The notes: a model not told the origin generated them from the sequence alone. 51,818 nt of DNA from a virus (IMGVR_UViG_3300011116_000764:1-51818), one strand, 5' to 3'; shown: positions 35,833 through 45,070, numbered from the stretch's first letter. Numbers and translations are program-made.

Positions 35833-36374
35833 TGGATGATCTCCGAAGGATGGCGAGAAGCAGGACCGACCCACGACGAGTCGGGCAACTGCGGGTGAGA
35901 GTCACAACGTCGGTAGCGGCGATAGGAACCAGAGCGGCGACGGAAGTCAGGGTCACCGGAGGTTGGGAGGAACGGGTTGGCGTTACGGTCACGGATGCGT
36001 GGGGGGAGATTGGCCGCGTCGATATCGGCTGCGTTGAAGGAGCCGAAGAAGGCGGCCATGGAGCGGGCTAGGGTGTCGTCCTGCTGGAGGAAGGCCAGAG
36101 CCGCGCGGTGACCAAGACGCTGGATGAGGAGCGTGTTGGCGGAGCGACGGGTGGCGTGGTTGGCTGAGCGGAGGCGCTCGGCGTGGGTCGAGTCGCAGGT
36201 ACGGAGCGAGAAGTTGGGCGTGTCACAGCCGTGTGGATCGACGGCGGGGACCGCGTTGTTGGGATCGACGAGTTCCATACGACCGGACTCGATGCGAATG
36301 GGGATGTTGCCGAGAGAGAGGGTGTTACCGACAACGTCGGACTGGCGGATGTCGTTGATTCGATAGAAGGACAT
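35829..36374 (-). CDS. Hypothetical protein
   Basis: AAGGAG SD. Confidence 0.7.
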   Translation of the reverse strand: MSFYRINDIRQSDVVGNTLSLGNIPIRIESGRMELVDPNNAVPAVDPHGCDTPNFSLRTCDSTHAERLRSANHATRRSANTLLIQRLGHRAALAFLQQDDTLARSMAAFFGSFNAADIDAANLPPRIRDRNANPFLPTSGDPDFRRRSGSYRRYRRCDSHPQLPDSSWVGPASRHPSEIIH

Positions 36375-36433
36375 GGCGAGTTCTCCTTGTGTGGGTAATG
36401 GGGGTGGGCACAGGTACCCACCCCCATTGCGAG

Positions 36434-36958
36434 TCAGATGATCTGACGGTCCTCTTCGGCCGAGGACTGCTGGTCGGCATTGCTGAACTTGGAAGGCTGA
36501 GCAGCCGAGTCAGTGTCCGAGTCGTGACGCTGAGCACGGGCGACCTGCTGGATCATGTCCATGTCAGCAGGCTTGAGCGACTTGACGGCGTTGCGAGGCG
36601 CATAGCCAGTGGACTCCTCGATGGTGACGTCGACCATGAAGCAGATGCCCTCGTTGGCTGCCTTGTTGAGTTCAGCAGCGAACGAACGAGCGGTCAGGTC
36701 GAAGTCAGCGGGCAGCGAGAGGGCCAAAGCCTTGATGTACTGCTCGTAGCGGAAGAACACCTTGGGGTTCTTGTCGATGTCGGGCAGCAGATCCCACAGG
36801 CGTGCGGTGCGGCCGGAGTCGAGGATCAGGTCGAGCGTGACGTTGATGTTGGTAGCCGACGGATCCTTCTTGCCGGGCTGGCAAGTGGCCAGGGTCAGCA
36901 TAGCGGGGTACGTGCCGGGAACGATGAGCAAAGTCTTCTGAGCGTCAACGAGTTTCAT
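36434..36958 (-). CDS. Second DUF669-like putative SSB
   Basis: PGTYPA, INVTLDL, VDVTIEE.TGYAPRNAVKSLKP and an acidic disordered tail. Confidence 0.55.
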   Translation of the reverse strand: MKLVDAQKTLLIVPGTYPAMLTLATCQPGKKDPSATNINVTLDLILDSGRTARLWDLLPDIDKNPKVFFRYEQYIKALALSLPADFDLTARSFAAELNKAANEGICFMVDVTIEESTGYAPRNAVKSLKPADMDMIQQVARAQRHDSDTDSAAQPSKFSNADQQSSAEEDRQII

Positions 36959-37110
36959 GGCGAGTGATTCCTATGTAGGAGTTTGGAAGTGAAAGGCAGC
37001 CAACATGGATGCCTGAAATGCACTGCACACCGTCAAGTGAGCAATGCAAACAATTCAATACGCCCCGCCGGGCGGGCCGTCCGGCTGCCCGGCGGGGTGT
37101 GCACAAGGAG

Positions 37111-37299
37111 TTAAACGTGGGAGTAGGCCTTGTCAACAGCATCTTGTACGTTCTCAAGTTGTCGACGGATTGGACGCAGGGCTTGGACTTCTATCTGCTT
37201 GTTCCGTGTAAGGTCGTAGAGGTCATTGCGCACCCTGCGAATGGTGACCAACGCAATGAAGAGTTCATTGCGCATCTCGTCAATCGTTTCGGTCTTCAT
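37111..37299 (-). CDS. Small early protein
   Basis: ATGA coupling; followed by a GC hairpin. Confidence 0.65.
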   Translation of the reverse strand: MKTETIDEMRNELFIALVTIRRVRNDLYDLTRNKQIEVQALRPIRRQLENVQDAVDKAYSHV

Positions 37300-37502
37300 C
37301 CTTGTGTCTCCTTTTGCAAACGAGTACGGAGTTCATTGAGTTCGGACTCAAGACGGAGGATGTAGTTGAGGGCCTCCTCCATGTAGTAGCGATGGGTTTG
37401 CTGGAGTGAGCTGAAATACTGACACTTGGTCGCGTACTCCAGGTTCTTCTTGAGTCGATCCTCTGGTGTGAGGGTTGCGTGGGCAAGCAACTTGTACTTC
37501 AT
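37296..37502 (-). CDS. Small early protein
   Basis: GGAGG SD; ATGA overlaps. Confidence 0.7.
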   Translation of the reverse strand: MKYKLLAHATLTPEDRLKKNLEYATKCQYFSSLQQTHRYYMEEALNYILRLESELNELRTRLQKETQG

Positions 37503-37744
37503 TGGTTGTCCTCCGACTTCTTGTCCTTGGACATCTCGTGCTTGACGCAGAGTGAGTAAAGTTCCTCATCAGTGATCTTGTTGAGGGCCTCCTTCATCTC
37601 ACGCTCTAGGTCGCCCAAGTCGCCATGAAGACGAACGCCCATCTCGCTACGAGCGGAGGGCTTGGCAATGGAGATCACGGTGAAGGCCACCAGCCCAAAG
37701 GCAGATGCGGCGGCCACGAGGAAGAACACTTCAGTCAGAGTCAT
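37499..37744 (-). CDS. Small membrane-anchored early protein
   Basis: N-terminal TM; AAAGGA SD. Confidence 0.7.
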   Translation of the reverse strand: MTLTEVFFLVAAASAFGLVAFTVISIAKPSARSEMGVRLHGDLGDLEREMKEALNKITDEELYSLCVKHEMSKDKKSEDNQ

Positions 37745-37813
37745 TGCGGTCCTTTCGTTAGAGTTGTGGGCGGACCCCCGCCCCTCCGTGTGGGGCGGGG
37801 GGCTGCCTGAAGA

Positions 37814-38149
37814 TCAGCCATTGCCGGTGCCATCGCAGCGGCATGGAGTGCAATTGCCACAAGCATTGCACTCCGGAGTGGGGAAGAAGGGCTCACGGTC
37901 GCCCGGTTCGTAGACGTCCTCGTTCTCGTTCTCGAACTCCATTTGGATGGCATCCTTGACCGCGGAGACGATCTCCTGCTTGTCTTGATCGGAGATGCAA
38001 TCAAGGAGGTCAACACAGAACTCATCTACGACCTGTACGATCGTGATGGGGTTCACTTGGCCTGCTGCCCGACAGTTGTCCTTGCCCGGCAGGTCGAAGG
38101 TTGCATCCCAGTACTTGTTGTTGATCATGCTGACGACAAGATGTTTCAT
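37814..38149 (-). CDS. Acidic protein with C-terminal Cys cluster
   Basis: CNACGNCTPCRC; GGAG SD. Confidence 0.7.
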   Translation of the reverse strand: MKHLVVSMINNKYWDATFDLPGKDNCRAAGQVNPITIVQVVDEFCVDLLDCISDQDKQEIVSAVKDAIQMEFENENEDVYEPGDREPFFPTPECNACGNCTPCRCDGTGNG

Positions 38150-38292
38150 GGTCGGTCTCCAGTGCTAGTGGTGTGTAGAACAGTGGAACTGAACGCCAGT
38201 TCCAAGGGGGAGGACCCCCTCCGTTGGGGGGTCCGACCCCGACCCAGTATTTGGTAGTGATGGTGGGAGGAGTATTTGATTGGGCCCGCGCG

Positions 38293-38326
38293 AAATAAAG
38301 AAAGGCCCGACATCGCTGCCGGGCCT
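38293..38326 (-). terminator. Rho-independent terminator
   Basis: Minus strand AGGCCCGGCA-GCGA-TGTCGGGCCT then TTCTTTATTT. Confidence 0.75.
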
Positions 38327-38332
38327 CTCTGC

Positions 38333-38656
38333 TCACACGACCGACGAATCCTCGTCGATTTCCGAAACTGCCGCAACCTTGCTGTCCACGCGAGACGCCG
38401 AAGGCATCTTGGTGACTTCAACGGTGGCATCGTACATCTGGAAGCCGGACGCAGAACGAACGATTTCCTTGAGGGACTGGCCAGCGCACTGGAGCCCCAA
38501 CGCGGATCGACCGTCGATCTGATACGACTTCGCAGTCACTGGAAGCCACAGATTGCCAGCCACACACACCTCGACAGAGACCTTCAGATAGGTCTCAGTC
38601 TCGACGATGAACACGCGGGCGGGCATAACGGAAACACCGGACTTGCGCTCAGACAT
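38333..38656 (-). CDS. Hypothetical early protein
   Basis: GGAGGT SD before ATG 38656; own terminator. Confidence 0.7.
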   Translation of the reverse strand: MSERKSGVSVMPARVFIVETETYLKVSVEVCVAGNLWLPVTAKSYQIDGRSALGLQCAGQSLKEIVRSASGFQMYDATVEVTKMPSASRVDSKVAAVSEIDEDSSVV

Positions 38657-38881
38657 GTGCAAACCTCCAATAAGGAGACCAAGCCACTGCAACACCACGC
38701 GGTGCTGTCCGGGCCTGCGCAGCCAAGGCCCGGCACACCGCCAACAACGACTCAGCAAGGGCCCATAACTGCTTGCACCGGATCGGTACGAGCCACACCC
38801 CCCCTTGGCCCCCGGGAAGGACGGCTTTATTGGAAGGAAAGAGGGAACCCGTCCCAAAATTTCCCCCCACATTCCATGGAC

Positions 38882-39068
38882 CCGACCACACCGACCACAC
38901 CGACCATGTCTCCAGAAAACCGTACACCCTATAGCCCAATCGCTTACTAGTTTTCCTATTTACCTGGTCTCCCTGGTCAGAATGATATAAGTAAGGGAAA
39001 TAGCAGGACTTAACCCGACCACCTGTGTGGTCATAACCTGGTCGGACGTGGTCACCCCTCCCTGACCA
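38882..39068. repeat. Iteron-like GACCA/TGGTC cluster around an AT-rich patch (putative replication origin)
   Basis: Ten copies in both orientations, including a CCGACCACA tandem. Confidence 0.6.
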
Positions 39069-40449
39069 CAACCCCCCTGACCCCTCTAATCCGCTCATCG
39101 CCCAATCGAGCCCTAACAAGCTTCCATGTACTCTCCTCTACCATCCTATGAACGAGCTGAGCCTGCGACACATCCTCCCGATACCCCACTCGAGCCTTCC
39201 ATTGCTTCCAGATCCCCCACAAATTGGTCGTACTGACGAATCCCCCTTCGCTTTCCACGAAATGGGACTCAAGGAAGTCCTGCACGGGGTTGTTCAGGGA
39301 CTGGAAACGCCCCACAACCTCGTCTGCCGCCGTTGGTACCGGCCACAACTTGCCCGAATTGGTCTCCTCAAGCAGCTCCTTAGCCCCCTGCAGCGCCCAC
39401 GCCGCAATGCCCGCGGTCTCCTGCGCCAACTTTGACGCCAACTGCAGGTCCTCTCGGCCCAAAAAGCTATTGGTAAACGGCAAAACCAGCATCTTGCTGG
39501 CCAAACCCTGCCCCTTATTGGGCAACTTGGGGATCTCGTTGCTCTGCACCACCAAGAAACCCGGTATCACCACATCCCTAATCGGCTCCATGTACTTCCG
39601 ATCAATGCTCACGGGGTCTCCACCCACAATGTTCTTCAACGTACTGGCCGCCAACTCACCCTCCCTGCTATTCAGCGCCCCAAACTCACTGACACTCAGC
39701 ACTCTGGCGGCCTCCGAACCCCACAATCCGAACTGACTGGCCAGTTGCGCCATGCTCAGCCCCCTAAAACCATCGCCCACAAGGTTCTTCACCACCCGCA
39801 TGATGGTTCCCTTGCCGCCACGGACCCGTCCCTGCATCAGAAGCCACCGCTGCCACCTCCGTCCCGGCATCAACATGGCCCCCATGGCCCTCTGCAGCAG
39901 ACTCTTCCACTTCTCATCACCCCCACTCCACTGTTCCAAGCACTCCATCCACGTAGGACACGCAGCCGCCGGATCCCACGCACACCCTACGACCACCGGC
40001 TCAAAGAACAGCTCGTCCCTAACCACCGTCTTGCCCGTCAGCACATCCACAACCACATCCTCAAAAGCCACGCACCGCTCAAGCTCCGGCGTATCCACCA
40101 CATTGCCTAGCCACGCGGGTGCATAGCTCTGCTTCAACCGGATCAGCGCCCTCAACGCTTGCTGCACGTTCATCACGGTCTGACTTGTGGGCCCCAAGCG
40201 CCTCGTGTTCACGCCCGTCGGCGTCGGCGTCTGGATATGCGCATCTTCCATCGCCAACCACAGCGCCTCTTCCAACCACCTCTCATCCCTGCGCACCCAC
40301 TTGCCCGCGTACCACTCCCACGGCTCGCCTCGCCACTCCCAAATACCCATCCGTCCCTGCGGCGTAGTCCACCTCGCCCTCAAGATAGCCCTAGCAATTG
40401 CCATGGGCTCTGCACTGTTCAGCGGGTTCCGTTGCGTCAAGACTTTCAT
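39052..40449 (-). CDS. D5/P4-type SF3 helicase (no primase domain seen)
   Basis: CPTW..CL, GRVRGGKGT, SVSE, LKNIVGGD....DRKY and QSNE.P; wHTH-like C-terminus; AGGAGG SD. Confidence 0.9.
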   Translation of the reverse strand: MKVLTQRNPLNSAEPMAIARAILRARWTTPQGRMGIWEWRGEPWEWYAGKWVRRDERWLEEALWLAMEDAHIQTPTPTGVNTRRLGPTSQTVMNVQQALRALIRLKQSYAPAWLGNVVDTPELERCVAFEDVVVDVLTGKTVVRDELFFEPVVVGCAWDPAAACPTWMECLEQWSGGDEKWKSLLQRAMGAMLMPGRRWQRWLLMQGRVRGGKGTIMRVVKNLVGDGFRGLSMAQLASQFGLWGSEAARVLSVSEFGALNSREGELAASTLKNIVGGDPVSIDRKYMEPIRDVVIPGFLVVQSNEIPKLPNKGQGLASKMLVLPFTNSFLGREDLQLASKLAQETAGIAAWALQGAKELLEETNSGKLWPVPTAADEVVGRFQSLNNPVQDFLESHFVESEGGFVSTTNLWGIWKQWKARVGYREDVSQAQLVHRMVEESTWKLVRARLGDERIRGVRGVVVREG

Positions 40450-40488
40450 CGCGTATCCTCCTGTTGTTCAGCCCCCTAAGGAGCCCAA

Positions 40489-41970
40489 ATGTCTAACTTC
40501 AACAATCCAATGTTTGACTGGACCAATCGAAATGCGAACCCAAACCGGTTTGCGCAGAAGTCAAGCATGTTCGACCCCATGGCAAACATGCCTAACTTTG
40601 GCGTTCTTCAGAATCCTGCAGATTTGAATAGTGGCTCTACGACGTCGGGCTCGGGCACTGGAGTCGGAGCTGCAAGTGGGGCTGGCACTCAGACCAGCAG
40701 GCCGAACATTACACCAGGAGCAGGTGGAGGTCAACCCGCTTCGCCGACAAACCCACAAAATCCCGCCGGATACGCCCCCTCTACCGGCGGCTCTTCGCCT
40801 ACTGGTCGGCAGGTCACCATCGTTGACGTGCAGAGCGCAAACACCATTGCCGGTCTGATCAACCTCTCGAACTCTGTGGACACCATGGCGGACAGCGCCA
40901 CGAAGAGCCACATGCAGGACATCATCAAGGACAAGATCTACGAGCTCCGCCGAATGGAGAAGTTTGACGCTGATCGCAACTTCAAGGACACGCAGCGCAA
41001 GGACTGGGCGGAGAAGCGAACCCGCCAGCAAATGCAGCGCGACTACCCCCAGTGGGTTGACTGGATGAAGATGCACAATAACAACCCGCGAACCGACCTG
41101 AGCTATGAGGCTTACGAGGAGGCCATGAAGGATCCTGGTGACGCCGAAAAATTCCGTGGCCACCTGCGTCTCAAGTCCTTCAAGTCGAACATCCAAGACC
41201 AGCAGGGTCTGGGTGCGGGACGCAACGCCACCGACGTTGTTGATACCCGAAATGCTGGCAAGTCGGTTGACACGCTTTTGCGAAACATTGGCTCCCCCGA
41301 AGCCGGCCTTGCTGGCTCCACCGCCAACGACGCAATTAACGGGGCTCTTGCTAAAAACCCCAACGCTATTGAGGGGGGAGATCAAGACACAATCAACGCA
41401 GGCATTAGGTCCAGTGGAGCACGGTCATACGACCCAACTAGCACTGCAAATGTAGGTAAAGATGACCAAGCTGATGCGCTTGCGTCGCTCCGGAAGCAGC
41501 GAGACGCCAATCTTGCGGCAAAGAAGGACCCGCAGTACCAAGCAGATGAGACGGCGTACCGCAATTTGCAGGTCCGCATGATGAACATGGGTCTCTCGGC
41601 CGACGTGCAGATGAAGATGAACAGCGACATCCAGAAGGGACTCATCTCCCCTCAGGATGCAATGCGAATGATCATGATGATGGAGGCTGGAGCCAAGTCT
41701 CGTGGCCAGACACTTCCACAGGCCCTGCCCACCGGAGCGGCTCTTCGCACTTCGCGTCAGGCAAACGACCTGCGCATTGGCCGCAACACCACGGACACCC
41801 AGCCCCAACCTCAAACCGTACCAGCTGGGCTTCCAAAGGCACCTAGTCTGCCAGAACAGATGGCGACTCGAGACCGCGCACTCAATCAAATGAACGATGC
41901 TGCGTATGTGGAGGCGCTTGCTCGTGGCGACATTACCCCCGAACAGTACCGCATGCTGACCGGCCGCTAA
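40489..41970 (+). CDS. Hypothetical low-complexity protein (possible internal virion protein)
   Basis: AAGGAG SD; divergent from the helicase. Confidence 0.75.
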   Translation: MSNFNNPMFDWTNRNANPNRFAQKSSMFDPMANMPNFGVLQNPADLNSGSTTSGSGTGVGAASGAGTQTSRPNITPGAGGGQPASPTNPQNPAGYAPSTGGSSPTGRQVTIVDVQSANTIAGLINLSNSVDTMADSATKSHMQDIIKDKIYELRRMEKFDADRNFKDTQRKDWAEKRTRQQMQRDYPQWVDWMKMHNNNPRTDLSYEAYEEAMKDPGDAEKFRGHLRLKSFKSNIQDQQGLGAGRNATDVVDTRNAGKSVDTLLRNIGSPEAGLAGSTANDAINGALAKNPNAIEGGDQDTINAGIRSSGARSYDPTSTANVGKDDQADALASLRKQRDANLAAKKDPQYQADETAYRNLQVRMMNMGLSADVQMKMNSDIQKGLISPQDAMRMIMMMEAGAKSRGQTLPQALPTGAALRTSRQANDLRIGRNTTDTQPQPQTVPAGLPKAPSLPEQMATRDRALNQMNDAAYVEALARGDITPEQYRMLTGR

Positions 41971-41972
41971 AC

Positions 41973-42407
41973 ATGAGCCAACCCAATCTGATGTACATCT
42001 CCTTCGGTGGGGGGATGCGCCTTGTTGGTGAGGACTACATCCTCCGCGAGCTCGCCGCACTCGGCCTCACAAAGCGAGGCCTGCGCCAGCTCTTCCGCAA
42101 GCTGAACGTCCCCGTCATCCACGCACCCGGCGACCGCATCCTCGTGGACCTTATCGCCTTCATGCTGGCGATGCGAACCATCACCCGGCCCGGTGCACCA
42201 GACTTCTCGCTGCCCGGCTCCCAGCACCGACCCAACACACGCACTTCCGTTTCCTCCCAAGAGATCATCGACGCGATCCCCGAGACCACTGAGCTCATGG
42301 AACGCGGACGCAAGATGTTTGGCATAGTGCAACCTGGCACCTTAAGATCTGCAGCTGGCGAGGTCGTCTCGCGCCTCAAGGACACCCAAGCTCGGATCAA
42401 GAACTAA
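41973..42407 (+). CDS. Hypothetical protein, possible winged-HTH
   Basis: GLTKRGLRQLFRKLNVPVIH...RILVD resembles an excisionase/MerR-type fold. Confidence 0.55.
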   Translation: MSQPNLMYISFGGGMRLVGEDYILRELAALGLTKRGLRQLFRKLNVPVIHAPGDRILVDLIAFMLAMRTITRPGAPDFSLPGSQHRPNTRTSVSSQEIIDAIPETTELMERGRKMFGIVQPGTLRSAAGEVVSRLKDTQARIKN

Positions 42408-44326
42408 TGCCCCCCATCTTCCGTTCAAAGCCAAAAGCTGGAATCAAAGTTACTGAAGCTCGAATGGGGGCTCCCGAGCTTCGTAATCCAAAGCGGGCCA
42501 TTGCTGGTACTACCGGCCGTGTCCCCAATTTGGCTGACTTGGTAAAGTTGGGGAAAGAACCCCGCCTTAAGGTACAGGACAATCAGCTACTTCTGGCTTT
42601 TGGGCCTGGATACGCACAGGGAAAGGCCATCAGTCGCGGTCAGCAGGAGACGTGGCACACGCTTGACGAAGCCGTCAAGCTGGTGGAAGCCGCAATCCCG
42701 GGAGCTAGCAAGCAAGCAACCGCCCGATACCAATCCATTATTGAGCAAATCAAAAAGTTGCAGTCGGATGCTGCTTTGATGGCGGAGCTGCCACTTGTAG
42801 ACGAACGTCTCATGACCTTGGCCCAAGCTCGCCAACGTCTTGCTGACAAGGTTGCTACCAAGTCGTTCCTTCAAGGCCAAGGTAACCCAAACTTTGAGGC
42901 ATCTACCGGCACTCCAAAGCTTCGTCCCGTTAAGGAGGGCGATGTTCAGGGTCTAGCTCGCCGCACCAAGGACCGGATGGCCTTGCAGCAGCAGCTGTAC
43001 AAGAACAGAAACTACAAGGCCCTTCCAGCAGAAGCCAAAACTGTTGTGAACATGGCCGTGAACACGGGGCAAATCTCCGTGGCGGACGTTGATCTCATTC
43101 TGACCAATGCCAAGAAGCAAGACCCCAAGGTATTGGAGGATCCCGAACGGTTGGGTCGGTTGATTGAGGTTGGAATTGCCGACAAGTTTAGGAAAACTGC
43201 TGTTGGTGCGTACCGAAGGGACATCTCTGGCTCACCCAATGTCGAATCCAAGTTGGCCGAGGTGGTCCCAGCTGAGGTGCCTGCATTTATTGACGAAGCC
43301 AAAGAACTCCTACGCACAGGCCAGTCTGGCAAGGGCATAGCCAAGCAGGTAAAGGGTCTTTTTGATCGAATTGACACCTCATCGGGTGTATCTGTGGAGC
43401 AGCGCACGTCCATCAAAAACCGTGTGGTTGAAATGCTGATGCGCAGCAACTTCGGTGACGACACACTGCGAGAACTTGCCAAGATCACCGCACGATCCGG
43501 TGGTGTCATGGCGCAGGACGCGGAAGGCAAGCTGATCCCGGTTAAGAAAACCAAGCTCGGCCTGCTAGGGGAGGGCTTGGCATCACTTAAGAAACTCATG
43601 GGGGTGGCAAACCTTACAAAACTTGACTTGCAGGCCGCCCGGGAAAACGCGGCCCTGCGTGGCAAGGCGGAATCCCGACGATCACCCGGACCTGCTGACA
43701 TAAACCCCAAGGCCCCCGGTACCAACCCTATCCTTGCGCTGATTCGAGCCAGGGAAGCAGCAACCAAACCGGTTGGCCCACCAATCCCCGAGGTAATGCG
43801 CCGTGGGGGGGTGCCCTATCGTCCGTCAACCGCAAAGCCGGGGGACCCATTGCCAGTTCGCAGTGAAGTCCGCGAGCCCGTAGCTCCAGCCCCACCTGGA
43901 CCAGCCCCAACTCCTGTTCCGGAAATGGTTTCAGGCAGGTCTGCAGCTGCCACCAAGGATTTTGCTCTTGTGCAAGCAATTGATGACGCAGTCAAGGGCT
44001 TGAAGGCTGACCCCCAGCGGTGGCGTGAATTCAGGGAGCCCCCAACCTACAAGGACATCATTACTCAACTCAAGCCCAATGTGTCAAAGCTTGAGTTGAA
44101 GCGAATCTTGGCTTTGGTTAACAAGGGCCTGCCCCCTGAGACCTACCAAGAAATCAGAAGCCAGGGGCCCTTGGCCCCCCCGTCACCACGAGTGCCGACT
44201 GGCCCTATGGCCGCACCTACCCAGGAAGCCAACCGTAACTTGATGATTGACTTTGTCAAAAAGCTGCAGAGAAGTGGTATGCCAACCGAGAAGATCGCAA
44301 GCATCCTTCGGTACATTGAAGGCTAA
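42407..44326 (+). CDS. Hypothetical basic, Pro-rich protein
   Basis: 639-aa ORF, TAATG-coupled on both sides. Confidence 0.75.
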   Translation: MPPIFRSKPKAGIKVTEARMGAPELRNPKRAIAGTTGRVPNLADLVKLGKEPRLKVQDNQLLLAFGPGYAQGKAISRGQQETWHTLDEAVKLVEAAIPGASKQATARYQSIIEQIKKLQSDAALMAELPLVDERLMTLAQARQRLADKVATKSFLQGQGNPNFEASTGTPKLRPVKEGDVQGLARRTKDRMALQQQLYKNRNYKALPAEAKTVVNMAVNTGQISVADVDLILTNAKKQDPKVLEDPERLGRLIEVGIADKFRKTAVGAYRRDISGSPNVESKLAEVVPAEVPAFIDEAKELLRTGQSGKGIAKQVKGLFDRIDTSSGVSVEQRTSIKNRVVEMLMRSNFGDDTLRELAKITARSGGVMAQDAEGKLIPVKKTKLGLLGEGLASLKKLMGVANLTKLDLQAARENAALRGKAESRRSPGPADINPKAPGTNPILALIRAREAATKPVGPPIPEVMRRGGVPYRPSTAKPGDPLPVRSEVREPVAPAPPGPAPTPVPEMVSGRSAAATKDFALVQAIDDAVKGLKADPQRWREFREPPTYKDIITQLKPNVSKLELKRILALVNKGLPPETYQEIRSQGPLAPPSPRVPTGPMAAPTQEANRNLMIDFVKKLQRSGMPTEKIASILRYIEG

Positions 44327-44892
44327 TGCCTCCCGCACTACCCGACCCGAAGAAACCGACGGACCCACTCACCTCGTTCTTTGCGAGCGAATCCGTGGGG
44401 GGCGCGCTCAGAGCGTCGGGCTTCGACATTCATGAGGAAATGGAGACACTGGTCCGACATTTCCGCGACACAGACCCTAACATCTCACTTCGAGCCCACT
44501 CCCGGCTCCGGCACGTGATCAGGGAGGTCGCACAGGCTTCTGGTCTGATTCAGAAGCAATCCGCTGAAGCGATTGAGACGCAAGACGGGCGCAAGGTGAA
44601 GGTCTCCTTCGAGACCTCCAAGCTGGTGTCCAAGATTCAGGAGAACGTACATGGCATCGTCGACCAAGACCGTCCGGAGTTCGCAAGCACCTACCTCCCC
44701 GCAGCCACAGATTCCCCCCACGCCGGAAGACCCGATTCTGGTGCAAGCGATCCAGCAGATCGAAGCGATGGACGACATGCAGATGGCGCGAGCAGCGGGT
44801 CAGGTGTTGTACGATCTGGCGATACAGGATCCTGTGACCTCGGTGGCGAGTCCGGAGATGCTGGGTCTGATCTTGAAGACGACGCTTCGTGA
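44326..44892 (+). CDS. Putative terminase small subunit-like protein
   Basis: Helical core upstream of TerL; function inferred from position only. Confidence 0.4.
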   Translation: MPPALPDPKKPTDPLTSFFASESVGGALRASGFDIHEEMETLVRHFRDTDPNISLRAHSRLRHVIREVAQASGLIQKQSAEAIETQDGRKVKVSFETSKLVSKIQENVHGIVDQDRPEFASTYLPAATDSPHAGRPDSGASDPADRSDGRHADGASSGSGVVRSGDTGSCDLGGESGDAGSDLEDDAS

Positions 44893-45070
44893 CGACCACG
44901 GAAAGCTCTTTCCCGAATACCTGCCGCTGCTGAAGCAGTACCTGTCGCACTCGATGGTTGCTCGTGATCCCCGCCTTGTTGCGGTGGCCATCACGCGCAT
45001 CATTACCGTCCAGCTGTACGCAGCCGGAAAGCTGAAGAATGCAAATCAAGCGAATCCCGCAACCGCCTGA
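44651..45070 (+). CDS. Hypothetical protein overlapping the previous gene
   Basis: AGGAGA SD before ATG 44651; bridges to TerL. Confidence 0.65.
   Translation: MASSTKTVRSSQAPTSPQPQIPPTPEDPILVQAIQQIEAMDDMQMARAAGQVLYDLAIQDPVTSVASPEMLGLILKTTLRDDHGKLFPEYLPLLKQYLSHSMVARDPRLVAVAITRIITVQLYAAGKLKNANQANPATA

Noticed and set aside
36959-37110. tRNA or other known RNA gene in intergenic hairpin regions
   Set aside because: No cloverleaf, T-loop GTTC consensus or CCA end found.
38882-38906. CCGACCACA tandem as a CRISPR array
   Set aside because: The units are 9 bp with no spacers and no cas operon; the PD-(D/E)xK gene sits in a recombination module.
38649-39119. 156-aa minus-strand ORF across the origin region
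   Set aside because: Its WSVWSV content simply translates the iteron repeats; better explained as non-coding.
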